A DNA stretch of 64,000 nt from an uncultured delta proteobacterium (GCA_963782055.1 CAWAIF010000003.1:6592001-6656000), one strand, 5' to 3'; positions 23,460-33,348 are shown, counted from the stretch's first letter. Notes: generated by a model from the sequence alone, not told the origin. Translations and numbers: made by a program.

Positions 23460-24791
23460 ATGCTGCGCCCGTCGATGGCGAAGCGGACCGTGCTCGGGCG
23501 CAGCGGCGGACGCCTCGACGCCGTGCTGGAATTCGCGGCGTTCGCGGCGAGGCCCATGCCGCTGGTCACCCTGCTCGACGTGGCGCCCCACCTGATCGCC
23601 AACGCCGTGGGGGCGGAGGTGTGCTCCATCTACCTGCTGGAGGGCGAGGGCGAGCTCGTCATGCGCGGCAACGTCGGCTTCGCGCGCTCCGCGCTCGGCC
23701 AGGTGCGCCTCGCCATCGGCGAGGGCATCACCGGCGAGGCGGTGGAGTACATGCGCCCCGTCATGGCCCAGCTCGCGAAGGAGCATGCGTCCTACAAGCA
23801 TTTCGACGAGCTGGGCGAGGACCGCTTCCCGGTGTTCCTCGCGGCGCCCCTGCGCGGCAAGTCCGGTCCTGTCGGCGCCGTCGTGGTGCAGCGCGCCCAT
23901 CGCCACTTCGCCGAGGCGGACGTGGAGGTGCTCGTGCTCATGGGCGCCCTCGTCGCCGCCGGCGTGCGCACCGCCGAGCTCATCGACGCCCAGCGCAACA
24001 AGCTGCCGGCGCGCAAGGCGGGAGGCGGGACGCGCAAGGTCACCCTCCCGGGGCGTCCGGTCGTGCCCGGCCGCGCTCTGGGCGCCATCGCCGCCCTGCG
24101 CCGCCCGCCACACCGCCCGGGAGAGCCGGCCGGGACACCCGCGCAGGGCGACGCCGACGTGCGCATGCTGCGCGCCGCCTTCGACGTCGGCGAGAAGGCC
24201 ATCACCGGCCTGCGCCGCCGCGCGACGCAGCTCGGCCTGATGCGGCAGTCGGGGTTCCTCGGCACGTACGTGGAGATCCTGGGCGATCAGCGCTTCCGCC
24301 AGCGCGCGTGCGAGCTGGCGGCGACGGGCATCGGCATCCCGCAGTCGCTCGGGCGCGTCGCGCGGGAGGTGGCGCGCACGGCGGTGGCGCTCACCCGCGA
24401 CCCCTTCCTGGAGGAGCGCGCGCGCGACGTCGAGGACCTGTGCGACGCCCTGAGCATGCTCGCCGCCGCCGACAAGCGCGCCGAGCTCCCGCAGAAGGCG
24501 GTCCTGGTCGGGGACGCCCTCAGCGTCTTCGACCTGCTCGTCTCCTCGCGCGCGCACCCTGTGGGCATCGCCCTCACCGAGCGCGCCTCCGGGCCGCGCA
24601 CCCGCACCCTGCTCGAGCTCATGGGCGTACCCGCCATCGTGGACGTCCACGGCCTCTTCCGCTGGGCCTCCGATGGGGACATCGCCCTGGTCGACGCCGA
24701 CCACGGCCTGGTCATCATCAACCCCAGCAAGGGGGAGATGGCCTCCCTACGAGAATCGCGCCGGCGTGCGGGCGCCCGGGAAGAAGAGTAA
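23460..24791 (+). CDS. GAF plus PTS enzyme I N-terminal/phosphocarrier-like domains (truncated PtsP-like)
   Basis: GAF (VCSIYL, GEGITG, HASYKHF); DPFLEERARDVEDL; GVPAIV...GDIALVDADHGLVIINP; no PEP-binding barrel. Confidence 0.8.
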   Translation: MLRPSMAKRTVLGRSGGRLDAVLEFAAFAARPMPLVTLLDVAPHLIANAVGAEVCSIYLLEGEGELVMRGNVGFARSALGQVRLAIGEGITGEAVEYMRPVMAQLAKEHASYKHFDELGEDRFPVFLAAPLRGKSGPVGAVVVQRAHRHFAEADVEVLVLMGALVAAGVRTAELIDAQRNKLPARKAGGGTRKVTLPGRPVVPGRALGAIAALRRPPHRPGEPAGTPAQGDADVRMLRAAFDVGEKAITGLRRRATQLGLMRQSGFLGTYVEILGDQRFRQRACELAATGIGIPQSLGRVAREVARTAVALTRDPFLEERARDVEDLCDALSMLAAADKRAELPQKAVLVGDALSVFDLLVSSRAHPVGIALTERASGPRTRTLLELMGVPAIVDVHGLFRWASDGDIALVDADHGLVIINPSKGEMASLRESRRRAGAREEE

Positions 24792-24847
24792 ACTCGGCCG
24801 ATGCCCAAGGCCGAGCCGCAGCGGCGTGTCCCTGGAGTGTGCTGCCC

Positions 24848-25477
24848 GTGACCACCCCCTCCTCTCCGCCTCCCGAGCCCCAGGACGCCGTGCTGCAGGA
24901 CATCGCCGAGGAGGGTGAGCGTCCCAGCATCACCGAGGTGAACGGCACCGTCGCCCGCTTCGAGATGGCGTACGCGCCGGACGAGACGGAGCGCCACCCC
25001 TTCGGGCCGCCGCTGCTCGCCCGCATCCCGTCGATGGTCTACCTCCTCTTCGCCGTGGGGATCGTCGCGGTGGTGGCCATCGCCCACGGCTCCGGCTCCA
25101 ACAGCCGCCTCTACGTCTGGGTGGTAGAGGGAGATCGCGGCCGCCCCCTGCCCTCGCACGTGCTCGCCTTCCTCGTCTTCATCAGCGGCGTGGCGACCGT
25201 CATCCGCACCCACATGCGCGGTGTCGTGGTCAACAAGGATGGGGTGGAGGCCCGCTACCTCCTGCCGATGGGCCTGCCCCGCGTGAAGAAGTGGGCCTGG
25301 GCGCAGATCCACCGCATGGTGATGAGCGACGACGCCGAGGTGATGCTGGAGCTCTGGGACGGCGTGTACGAGCGGCTGCCCGCGGTGAGCAAGCGCAGGG
25401 ATCTCGCCGCGCTGCTGGAGCACATGGCGCAGCGCCACGGCATCGCGGTCACCCACCTCGCGTCCCTGGAGCACTGA
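24848..25477 (+). CDS. Hypothetical membrane protein (2 TM, PH-like C-terminus)
   Basis: GGAG SD before GTG; two hydrophobic helices; KKWAWAQI. Confidence 0.65.
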   Translation: MTTPSSPPPEPQDAVLQDIAEEGERPSITEVNGTVARFEMAYAPDETERHPFGPPLLARIPSMVYLLFAVGIVAVVAIAHGSGSNSRLYVWVVEGDRGRPLPSHVLAFLVFISGVATVIRTHMRGVVVNKDGVEARYLLPMGLPRVKKWAWAQIHRMVMSDDAEVMLELWDGVYERLPAVSKRRDLAALLEHMAQRHGIAVTHLASLEH

Positions 25478-25500
25478 GGCACGCGTTCCATCGCGGCATC

Positions 25501-27969
25501 TCAGTAGGCGGCCTCCACGCCCAGGCTCGGGACGGTCACCGGGCCGATGTACTGCGGCTCGCACGTGTCCGGCTTGAAGGGGAAGAAGGTCCCCTTGTGG
25601 TCGCACGTGAGGCCGACCGCCTCCTTGTTGAGGGTGATGTTGAGGCCCTCCAGCACCAGCGCGATGTACCCGCGCCGGAAGATGCGCCACCGCTTCTCCA
25701 GCCGCACGTCGATGCGCCAGAAGGGGGGCAGGCGCCCGGAGTTGTACGGCGGGACGCTGATGCCCTGGATCTGCCGCGAGTACGGCATGCCGGAGTAGAC
25801 GGTGAAGCGGGCCCCGGCGCGCCAGCCCTTGCCCAGGTCCGCCGCGGCCACGACGTTGAGCACGTGCGTGCGATCGAACTGGCTGAGCACCTCGCCGCGC
25901 CCCGCGGGCAGCGTGAGGTGCGGTAGCCCGGGCCCCCCCAGGCCGTCGTCCGGCGCGAAGGCGACGACCGCCGCCGGCGCCTGCCGCGTGGTGCGCGAGA
26001 GCGTGTAGCTGATCCAGCCGGTGAGCCGCTTGGTGAGCGCGCGCCGGAGGAACAGCTCCACGCCGTAGCTCCGCCCCTTGACCCGCTTGTCCAGGCAGCC
26101 GGAGTCGATGTGCTGGGAGGTCCCGCTGATGCACGTCGTCAGCGCGTCGGTCAGGCCGAAGTAGTCGTGCAAGAACACCGTGGTCGTGAGCGTGAAGCCG
26201 AGCGGCAGCCGCAGCTCCACGCCCTGGCTCGCCTGGATGGAGGACTGGAGACCGCCCGCCAGCGTCCCCAGGTCGGCGCCGGGCACCGGCACGACGAACG
26301 CCGGCGGCTGGTGCGCCACACCGAAGGTCGTCACCAGGACGAGGCGCGGGTCGACCGTGATGCGCGAGGAGAGGCGCGGGTCGAGCGAGGGCGCAGCCAC
26401 CGCCGGGCCGCCGGTGAGGATCCGGCTGTCGGAGCCCAGCCCGGCGGCAATGCCCGACGCGCGCGAGGTGAAGATGTCGGCCCGCAGACCCGGCACGATC
26501 TCGATGCGGGGGTGCACGCGCCAGATGGCGTCGGCGTACGCGCCGAGCATGACGTCGTTGCGATCCGGGTAGGCGAAGCCGGAGCCGCTCGACTGCCCCG
26601 TCAGCCCGTAGTGATAGAGCATCGTGTCCGCGCCGGCGCGGACGCGCACCTTCGGGCTCAGCCGGCGGTCCAGCTCGGTGCGAAGCTGCACGGTCTCCGA
26701 CTGGACGCCCGGCGCGTCGTTGCCGTCGCTGCCCCCGCCCGCGAGCGACTGGTCGATGCCGAGGGTGAGCGCCGTGCGCAGCTTCCCCCCCGGCACGTCG
26801 TGATCCCAGCGAAGGTCGACGCGGTGGAACTCTGTGCGGAAGAGCGCGTAGAAGGGCCCGTGGCCGATGACGTTGCCGCGCTCGTCGTAGACGCTGTCGC
26901 GGTTGTCGATCTCGTCGAAGCTGCCGAAGGCGAAGAGCGAGACCCTGTCGCGCGGGGTCAGGCCGTAGCCGACGCGCCCCTGGTAGTCCCAGTACGCGAT
27001 CTGTGTGTCCGGCGCGAAGAGCTGCACCAGCGCCGCGGTGTAGCTGTAGCGGCCCGCGACCAGCGCGTCGCCGCGCCCGTGGTCGAAGGGCGTCTCGGCG
27101 AGCACACCGGCGTCGAAGAGGCGCACGTTCGCCTCGGCGTGGAGGCGCGTCGCCGGCGGCTTGGTCTCTCCGTCCAGGATGCCGCCGGTGTAGCGGCCGT
27201 AGCGGGCGGGGTAGCCGCCCGGGTAGAAGTCGACGCGGTCGATGAGGCTGGGGTGGATGACGCTCGGGCCCAGCGCGAGGTGGTAGAGGAGCGGCACCCG
27301 CACGCCGTCGATGAAGTAGCCGACGTCCCCCGGCGGCGCGCCGCGCACGAAGAAGAAGGGGAGGCCGCTCACGATGGGCGTGACGCCCGGCAGCGCGTCG
27401 ATGGCGCGGAAGGCGTCGCCGAAGGCGCCGGGGAGCTGCCGCACCTCGCCGCCGCTCAGCGACACGCTTCCGCTCTCGTGGCGCTTGCCGTGGACGTGGA
27501 CCTCCTCCGGCTTCTCCGGCGGCTTGGGCCTGGGCTTGGGCTTGACCTTTGGCGCCACCTTCGGCTTCGGGGCGGCCGGCGGCGGCGCCGGGGGGGACGG
27601 CCTGGGGGCGTGAAACGTCACCTTCATCCGGATGCGCGCGGCCACCGGCCTGTCCCCGCGACGCGCGGGGGAGAACCTCCACGCGCGGCACGCCGCGAGC
27701 GTCGCGGCGGCGAAGGGCTCCGCCCCCTCCACGACGCGCGCATCGGCGACGTGGCCCGTGCCGTCGATCAAGAGCTCGAGGATCACCGCCGCCTCGCCGG
27801 CGGCGCCCTTCGGGTAGGGAACGACACCGGCGTCCAGGGCGACGGGCGCGACGAGCGCGGGAGCCGGCGCGCGCGCGGAGCCGGCGGCCCCCGGCGGGGC
27901 GGCGTTCGCGGAGGCGGACCAGCCCAGGCACGCGATCGCGAACGCGGCGGCCTTCAGCCCCCGCGCCAC
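25501..27969 (-). CDS. TonB-dependent receptor with N-terminal TonB C-terminal-like domain
   Basis: Signal peptide; YP...VILELLIDGTGHV...WRFSPA; plug LPGAFGDAFRAIDALPGV, FYPGGYPARYG; C-terminal Tyr. Confidence 0.85.
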   Translation of the reverse strand: MARGLKAAAFAIACLGWSASANAAPPGAAGSARAPAPALVAPVALDAGVVPYPKGAAGEAAVILELLIDGTGHVADARVVEGAEPFAAATLAACRAWRFSPARRGDRPVAARIRMKVTFHAPRPSPPAPPPAAPKPKVAPKVKPKPRPKPPEKPEEVHVHGKRHESGSVSLSGGEVRQLPGAFGDAFRAIDALPGVTPIVSGLPFFFVRGAPPGDVGYFIDGVRVPLLYHLALGPSVIHPSLIDRVDFYPGGYPARYGRYTGGILDGETKPPATRLHAEANVRLFDAGVLAETPFDHGRGDALVAGRYSYTAALVQLFAPDTQIAYWDYQGRVGYGLTPRDRVSLFAFGSFDEIDNRDSVYDERGNVIGHGPFYALFRTEFHRVDLRWDHDVPGGKLRTALTLGIDQSLAGGGSDGNDAPGVQSETVQLRTELDRRLSPKVRVRAGADTMLYHYGLTGQSSGSGFAYPDRNDVMLGAYADAIWRVHPRIEIVPGLRADIFTSRASGIAAGLGSDSRILTGGPAVAAPSLDPRLSSRITVDPRLVLVTTFGVAHQPPAFVVPVPGADLGTLAGGLQSSIQASQGVELRLPLGFTLTTTVFLHDYFGLTDALTTCISGTSQHIDSGCLDKRVKGRSYGVELFLRRALTKRLTGWISYTLSRTTRQAPAAVVAFAPDDGLGGPGLPHLTLPAGRGEVLSQFDRTHVLNVVAAADLGKGWRAGARFTVYSGMPYSRQIQGISVPPYNSGRLPPFWRIDVRLEKRWRIFRRGYIALVLEGLNITLNKEAVGLTCDHKGTFFPFKPDTCEPQYIGPVTVPSLGVEAAY

Positions 27970-29126
27970 TCTGCCTTCGCGCCGTCGCGCAACGCGCCGT
28001 CGCCCAGAACCTCCGCGGCCGTGCGCGCCATCGCGCGCGCCGCGAGCATGGCCGTGGCCAGGCCGCGCTCGCTCGCCGCCGCGGCGACGAAGGGCTGCTG
28101 GTGGATCATCGCCTCGCCCTCGTCCACCACGCCCAGCCACGGGTGGATGCTCGGCACCACCTGCGAGACGTCCCCCATGTCGGTGCTGGCCGCGCCCACG
28201 CGCGGGTCGGTCTCGCGCGGACGACGCCCCATCGCCGAGAGGTGCGCGCCGAACGCCCGCGCGAGCGCCATGTTGTTGCGCATCGCCCGGTAGCCCTCGT
28301 TCACCTCCACCGAGACCTCCACGTCGCCGGCCATCGCCGCGGCCCGCGCGCAGCGCTCCACGATGCCGCGCACCCGCGCCAGCTCCTCGTCGCTCGGCGC
28401 GCGGACCGTGATGTCGCACGCGGCGCGCTCGGTCACGATGTTGGACGCCTGACCGCCGTCGGTGATGACGCCGTGCACCCGCACGCCGTCGCGGAAGCGC
28501 GCGCGCTGCCCGTCCACCAGCCGGAACGTATCCATGCACGCGGTGAGCGCGTTGCGTCCCTCGTGCGGGGCGGCCGCGGCGTGTGAGGGCTTGCCGTGGA
28601 AGCGAAAGGTGAAGGTGACCAGCGCGAGGGCCGGGTGCGCCAGGATGTCGCGGTCGAAGGGGTGAAACATCATCGCCGCGTCCACGCCCTCGAAGGCGCC
28701 CGCCTCGATGAGCTTGATCTTGCCGCCGCCCCCCTCCTCGGCCGGCGTCCCGAGGAGGATCACCTCGCCGGCCAGGCGCTCGGCCACCTTGGCCGCGGCG
28801 AGGAAGCCGCCCACGCCGCCGGCGGCGATGAGGTTGTGACCGCACGCGTGCCCCAGCCCCGGCAGCGCGTCGTACTCGGCCAGGATGGCCACGCGCGGGC
28901 CGCCCGCCTTGCCCGCCCTCGCGCGCAGCGCGGTGGCCATGCCGCCCAGCCCCCTCTCGACCGCGAAGCCGCGCGCCTCCAGCAGCTCGGCGATGCGCCG
29001 CGCCGCCTCGTGCTCCTCGAAGCAAAGCTCGGGGTGCGCGTGAATGGCGAGGGAGAGCGCGCGCAGGTCGGCCTCGTCGGCGGCGACCGCGGCGTCCAGG
29101 TCATAGACGATCTCGGGGGCGAGCAT
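27954..29126 (-). CDS. M20 family amidohydrolase (PM20D2/AbgB-like)
   Basis: HAHPELCFEE, AEYDALPGLGHACGHNLI, GTPAEEGGGGK, STDMGDVS. Confidence 0.93.
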   Translation of the reverse strand: MLAPEIVYDLDAAVAADEADLRALSLAIHAHPELCFEEHEAARRIAELLEARGFAVERGLGGMATALRARAGKAGGPRVAILAEYDALPGLGHACGHNLIAAGGVGGFLAAAKVAERLAGEVILLGTPAEEGGGGKIKLIEAGAFEGVDAAMMFHPFDRDILAHPALALVTFTFRFHGKPSHAAAAPHEGRNALTACMDTFRLVDGQRARFRDGVRVHGVITDGGQASNIVTERAACDITVRAPSDEELARVRGIVERCARAAAMAGDVEVSVEVNEGYRAMRNNMALARAFGAHLSAMGRRPRETDPRVGAASTDMGDVSQVVPSIHPWLGVVDEGEAMIHQQPFVAAAASERGLATAMLAARAMARTAAEVLGDGALRDGAKAEWRGG

Positions 29127-29223
29127 GCCCCGGAAGCATAGGGCAAAGCGCCCGCCGCCACCGGCCCATTGGCGTGCGACGCGTGTGGCACCTCCGCCGA
29201 CGACGAGTATGCTTGCCGCGGTC

Positions 29224-30360
29224 ATGCGCGCCTCGCACCTCCTCCTTGGTCTGCTCGTGCTCGCGGGGTGCCCGGACAGGGGCCCCGGCGACCCGGCAGC
29301 CTCCGTCACGGCCGAGCCGTCCGCGGCGGCCACGGCGCCGGCGGCGGTCGCCAGCACGTCCTCCGCCCCGCTGCTGCTCGCCCCGCCGTTCACGCCCACG
29401 CGCATCACCGCCGAGGACGCGGCGATGGGCACGCACCTCGCGTTCGCCGGCTACACCACGCCGGAGAAGGACGAGACGGCGGTGCGCAAGGCCTGGGCCG
29501 ACGCCGTCGCCGAGATCCGCCGCGTCGAGGCGCTCATGACCACCTGGCACGAGAGCGAGCTCACCCGCATCAACGACGCGGCGGGCAAGCACCCGGTGGT
29601 GGTGGGCAAGGAGACGTTCGACCTCATCGCCGACTCGGTGCACACGTCCGAGATCTCCAAGGGCACCTTCGACATCACCTTCGAGAGCCTGCACGGCCTC
29701 TGGAAGTTCGATCAGGACCTCGACCCGCACCCGCCCACCGCCGCGCAGGTCAAGGCGAAGCTGCCGCTGGTCAACTACCACCACATCAAGCTCGACCCCA
29801 AGGCGTCGAGCGTCTACCTGGACACGCCCGGCGTGCACATCAGCCTCGGCGGCATCGCGAAGGGCTACGCCGTCGACCGCGCGGCCGCCATCCTCGACGC
29901 CGACGGCATCACCTCCTACTACGTGCAAGCCGGTGGCGACCTCTTCACCCGCGGCCACAAGCCGGACGGCAGCGAGTGGCAGACCGGCATCCGGGATCCG
30001 CGCGGCCCCGCCACGCAGTACTTCGCGCTGCTGCCGGTGAGCGATCACGCCTTCTCCACCGCCGGCGACTACGAGCGCTCTTACATCGTCAACGGCCGCC
30101 GCTACCACCACATCATCGACCCGCGGACCGGCTTTCCCGCCACCGCCAGCCGCAGCGTGACCATCTGGGCGCCCACGGCCCTCCTCGCCGACGAGATCGA
30201 CGACTGCGTCTTCATCCTCGGGCCGAAGGAGGGCATGGCCCTGGTCGAGTCCATCGACGGCGTGGGCGCGGTGGTGGTGGACGCGAAGAACAACGTCTGG
30301 GTGAGCAACCGCCTCAAGGGAAAGCTCAAGATCACCGGCGTCCCGACGGACGGGATCTGA
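29224..30360 (+). CDS. apbE: FAD:protein FMN transferase (ApbE) lipoprotein
   Basis: Lipobox LAGC; AMGT, GTFDIT, LGGIAKGYAVD, AGGD, STAGDYER, HHIIDPRTG. Confidence 0.95.
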   Translation: MRASHLLLGLLVLAGCPDRGPGDPAASVTAEPSAAATAPAAVASTSSAPLLLAPPFTPTRITAEDAAMGTHLAFAGYTTPEKDETAVRKAWADAVAEIRRVEALMTTWHESELTRINDAAGKHPVVVGKETFDLIADSVHTSEISKGTFDITFESLHGLWKFDQDLDPHPPTAAQVKAKLPLVNYHHIKLDPKASSVYLDTPGVHISLGGIAKGYAVDRAAAILDADGITSYYVQAGGDLFTRGHKPDGSEWQTGIRDPRGPATQYFALLPVSDHAFSTAGDYERSYIVNGRRYHHIIDPRTGFPATASRSVTIWAPTALLADEIDDCVFILGPKEGMALVESIDGVGAVVVDAKNNVWVSNRLKGKLKITGVPTDGI

Positions 30361-30450
30361 GCGCTTCGGGTTTCAGGTCGGCGTCCCGCACCACGTGTAA
30401 AGGCCTGTAAGGGGCGTTGAGCGCGGCAGGCGCCGTGCTCTCATCGGGGC

Positions 30451-30726
30451 ATGCGCAACAGCACCCGGTTCTGGAAGATCTCCACCTTCGTTCTCGGCGG
30501 CGCGCTCGCGGGCGTCGTCGCATTCTCCACCATCCGCTCCGCCGACGCCGAGCCGCAGCCCGCGATGAAGACCGCGCTGGCGCAGCTCCGCGCGGCCAAG
30601 TCCAACCTCGTCCGGGCGACGGCCCACAAGGGCGGCCACCGCGCCAAGGCGATCGCGCTGACAGAGCAGGCGATCGACGAGACGGTCAAGGGCATCGCCT
30701 ACGAAAACAACCATCACCACCACTGA
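30451..30726 (+). CDS. Small secreted helical protein with KGGHR motif and His4 tail
   Basis: Signal peptide ending ADA; QPAMKTAL...HKGGHRAKAI...HHHH. Confidence 0.75.
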   Translation: MRNSTRFWKISTFVLGGALAGVVAFSTIRSADAEPQPAMKTALAQLRAAKSNLVRATAHKGGHRAKAIALTEQAIDETVKGIAYENNHHHH

Positions 30727-30765
30727 CCTCGTCGCGACGCGCGCCCCGGAGCGGGCGCCGCGTGA

Positions 30766-32184
30766 TCAGCGACGCGCGAGAATGCGGCGCCCGGCGTCCT
30801 CCAGGTCGCGGGCGCACCGCACCTCCATCACCTCGGTGCAGCGGGGCGCGTAGCGCGTCATCGCGCTGTCGCCGCTCGCCCACGCGGCACGCGGCTCCGG
30901 GCACAGCCAGAGCAGCGCCCGCGCGCGTCCTCGGATGCGGTCCAGCACCTCCTCGCGCGCCTGGTGGTAGTTGGTGCGCCCATCGCCGAGGACCACCACC
31001 GTGGTGCGACGGTCCACTTCGGCCAGGTGACGCGCCTCGAAGTCGGCGAGCACGTGGCCGTAGTTGGAGTTGTGGGTCACCGGCACCACCGCCCCGCCGT
31101 AAGCCTGGTCGATTGCGGCGCCCACCGGCGCCTCCTCGAACAGACGCGTCGTCTCCCCCAGCTCGCTCACGAAGACGAAGCTGCGCGTGCCGCTCCACAG
31201 GTCGTGCGCGGCGACCACGAACTCGAGCAGGAAGGTGGCGACGCCGCGCACCGAGTCGCTGATGTCGCAGAGCAGGAGCAGCCGCGGCCTGTCGCGCCTG
31301 CGGCGCCGACGCACCGGCGTGAGCGGCACACCGGAGGTCCGCAGGGCGCGCCGCAGGGTGCCGTGAGGATCGATCCGCCCGCGCTCGGCGCGTCGCTTGC
31401 GCACCCGCTCCGCCCCGCGGAGCCGCGCGGCGAAGGTGCGCAGCGCCCGGCGGACCTCCGCCATCTCGGCGGGGTCGAGCGTCGCCAGCGGCTGCGTCGC
31501 CGCCCCCCTTCGTCCGGTCAACGCCGCCGGCGGGGCCTGCAGCCGCGAGGCCACGTGCGCGCGCACCTCGTCCTCGGCGCGGTCCAGCTCGCGCTCCAGC
31601 GCGGCCGCGAGGGCCTCGGCGCGCTCGCCCAGCGCGTCCTTCAGCGCGGCGCGCAGCGCTCCGAGCCGCCGGCGCGCGTCCACGACGCCCACCCGGCGCA
31701 GGGCCCGGTGCACGTAGAAGCCCTGCTGCGTCGGCCCGCGCATCGCCTCGAGCTCGCGCTGCACGCCGCCGAGTCGCAGCAGGCGGTCCAGCTCGGCGCC
31801 ACCCTCGAGCAGCGCGCCGAGGGCGGCCGTCGCGTCGTCGCCGGCGCCCGCGTGGGCGTCGAGCAGCGCCCGCAGCGCCGCCAGCTCCCCGGCGGAGAAC
31901 CCCTGCGCGCCGAGGCGCTCGTAGAGGGAGAGCGTCGGGCCGCGACGCCCGAAGTACTCGTCGAAGGCCCGGTCGAACGCCGCGCGGTCGCGCCGGTCCT
32001 TCGCAAGCGTCGTCGCGAGCGCCTCGCGCAGCGTCGCGCGATCGCCAAAGCCGACGCACGCCACCGCGCGCGCCGCGTCGATCGCCGAGGACGGCGGCAC
32101 GCGCACGCCCTCCCGCCGCACCACCCACAGCAGCTCGTCGAGCATGCGCGTCGCCGCGCGCCGGTCCGCCGTCCGCGCCGCCAT
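30766..32184 (-). CDS. CoxE-like VWA domain protein
   Basis: GRIDPHGTLRRALRTSGVP, LCDISDSV, SNYG, VLGDGRTNY, WLCPEP. Confidence 0.9.
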   Translation of the reverse strand: MAARTADRRAATRMLDELLWVVRREGVRVPPSSAIDAARAVACVGFGDRATLREALATTLAKDRRDRAAFDRAFDEYFGRRGPTLSLYERLGAQGFSAGELAALRALLDAHAGAGDDATAALGALLEGGAELDRLLRLGGVQRELEAMRGPTQQGFYVHRALRRVGVVDARRRLGALRAALKDALGERAEALAAALERELDRAEDEVRAHVASRLQAPPAALTGRRGAATQPLATLDPAEMAEVRRALRTFAARLRGAERVRKRRAERGRIDPHGTLRRALRTSGVPLTPVRRRRRRDRPRLLLLCDISDSVRGVATFLLEFVVAAHDLWSGTRSFVFVSELGETTRLFEEAPVGAAIDQAYGGAVVPVTHNSNYGHVLADFEARHLAEVDRRTTVVVLGDGRTNYHQAREEVLDRIRGRARALLWLCPEPRAAWASGDSAMTRYAPRCTEVMEVRCARDLEDAGRRILARR

Positions 32185-32185
32185 C

Positions 32186-33049
32186 TCAGGGCTTCGGCGG
32201 CGCCGGCTCGGCGAGGAGCTGCTGCACCAGGTGCTCGATGTGCGTCTCGCCCCCCGACTCGTAACCGACGCTGACCTCGCGCACGACGCCGCGCTTGTCG
32301 ACGACGAAGATCGCCGGGATGCTGCGCACGCCGTACGCCTCCGTCGTCGCGCCCGTCGGGTCCGACGCGATGGCGTAGTGTGTCCCGCTCTGCGCCGCGA
32401 AGAGCGCGGCCTTGTCCTGCGCGTCGGTGGTGATGCCGATGACGGAGAGCCCCTGCGCCCCGTACTTCGCCTGCCAGCCGTCCAGGATGGGCATGGTCAT
32501 GCGGCACGGCCCGCACCAGATCGCCCAGAACTCGATCACCGCCACGCGCCCGCGCAGCGCCTGGACGGAGGCCGGCACCGCGCCCGACGCAGGCGCGAGC
32601 CCGGCGAAGGCGGGAGCGAAGGTGCCGACGTGCTCCATCCGCATGATGTCGTCGAGCGTGGGCCGGGCGATCAGCGCGGCCTTCGCCGTCCGCGTCTTGC
32701 CGAGGCGGACGAAGGCGATCTCCACGGTGTCCCCCTCGTGGTGCTGCGCCATCGCCCGCAGCACGTCGGAGGGCGTCTGCACGGCGACGCCGTCCACCTT
32801 CACGATGCGGTCGCCAGCGTGCATCCCGGCCCTCTCCGCCGGCGAGCCCCGCACCACGTGCTCGACCCGCACGCCGATGAGCGTGGGCCGCATCTCGATC
32901 CCCAGCCAGGCTGGCCGGGTGTGTACCGGGGGTCGGGGCGTCCCGACGCTCGGCTGCGATCCTGTGCGAGGGGGAGGCCCGGCCGCCAGCCCCGGCGCCG
33001 CCGAGGCCAGCGTGAGGGAGAGGCCCAGGATGACCCGCCGCAGACGCAT
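32186..33049 (-). CDS. Exported PDZ plus TlpA-like thioredoxin protein
   Basis: Signal peptide; PDZ (WLGI, GSPAERAGMHAGDRIVKVDG); EFWAIWCGPC. Confidence 0.9.
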   Translation of the reverse strand: MRLRRVILGLSLTLASAAPGLAAGPPPRTGSQPSVGTPRPPVHTRPAWLGIEMRPTLIGVRVEHVVRGSPAERAGMHAGDRIVKVDGVAVQTPSDVLRAMAQHHEGDTVEIAFVRLGKTRTAKAALIARPTLDDIMRMEHVGTFAPAFAGLAPASGAVPASVQALRGRVAVIEFWAIWCGPCRMTMPILDGWQAKYGAQGLSVIGITTDAQDKAALFAAQSGTHYAIASDPTGATTEAYGVRSIPAIFVVDKRGVVREVSVGYESGGETHIEHLVQQLLAEPAPPKP

Positions 33050-33112
33050 GCCCGTTAGACTACTACGCGGCCGCCCTCATGCAGATCCCCGCTCGATCCC
33101 AGCTCGACCCTA

Positions 33113-33155
33113 CAAAAGCGACGTAGCGCGGGGAGCAAGCTCCACGCGCTACGCT
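33113..33155 (-). terminator. Intrinsic terminator
   Basis: CGTAGCGCG..GGAGC/GCTCC..CGCGCTACG hairpin followed by TCGCTTTT on minus strand. Confidence 0.7.
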
Positions 33156-33338
33156 GAAGTCCCGGCGCCCCTCGACGACGCCGACGTTAGTCCGCGGGGG
33201 CCTCCCGCTCAGGGTAAGGAAGAAGGCGAAGCGACAAGGAAAAGGGAAGGTCTAAGCCAAGCCAGGAAGCGAAGCACAAGCGAGCCGCCAGAAGGGAGCC
33301 ACGGCGGCTTCTTCAGCGCCGCAGCCCTCGGCGCCGCC
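33113..33338 (-). ncRNA. Candidate sigma54-dependent small RNA with CUU-repeat tract
   Basis: Bracketed by a -24/-12 promoter and a terminator; internal hairpins; 12 CUU in about 66 nt; no long ORF with genomic codon bias. Confidence 0.55.
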
Positions 33339-33348
33339 CTACCCCAAG

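Noticed and set aside
33211..33300. CsrB/Rsm-like GGA-repeat RNA on the + strand
   Set aside because: Several AGGA/AGGGA motifs exist, but promoter and terminator orientation both favour the minus strand; not fully excluded
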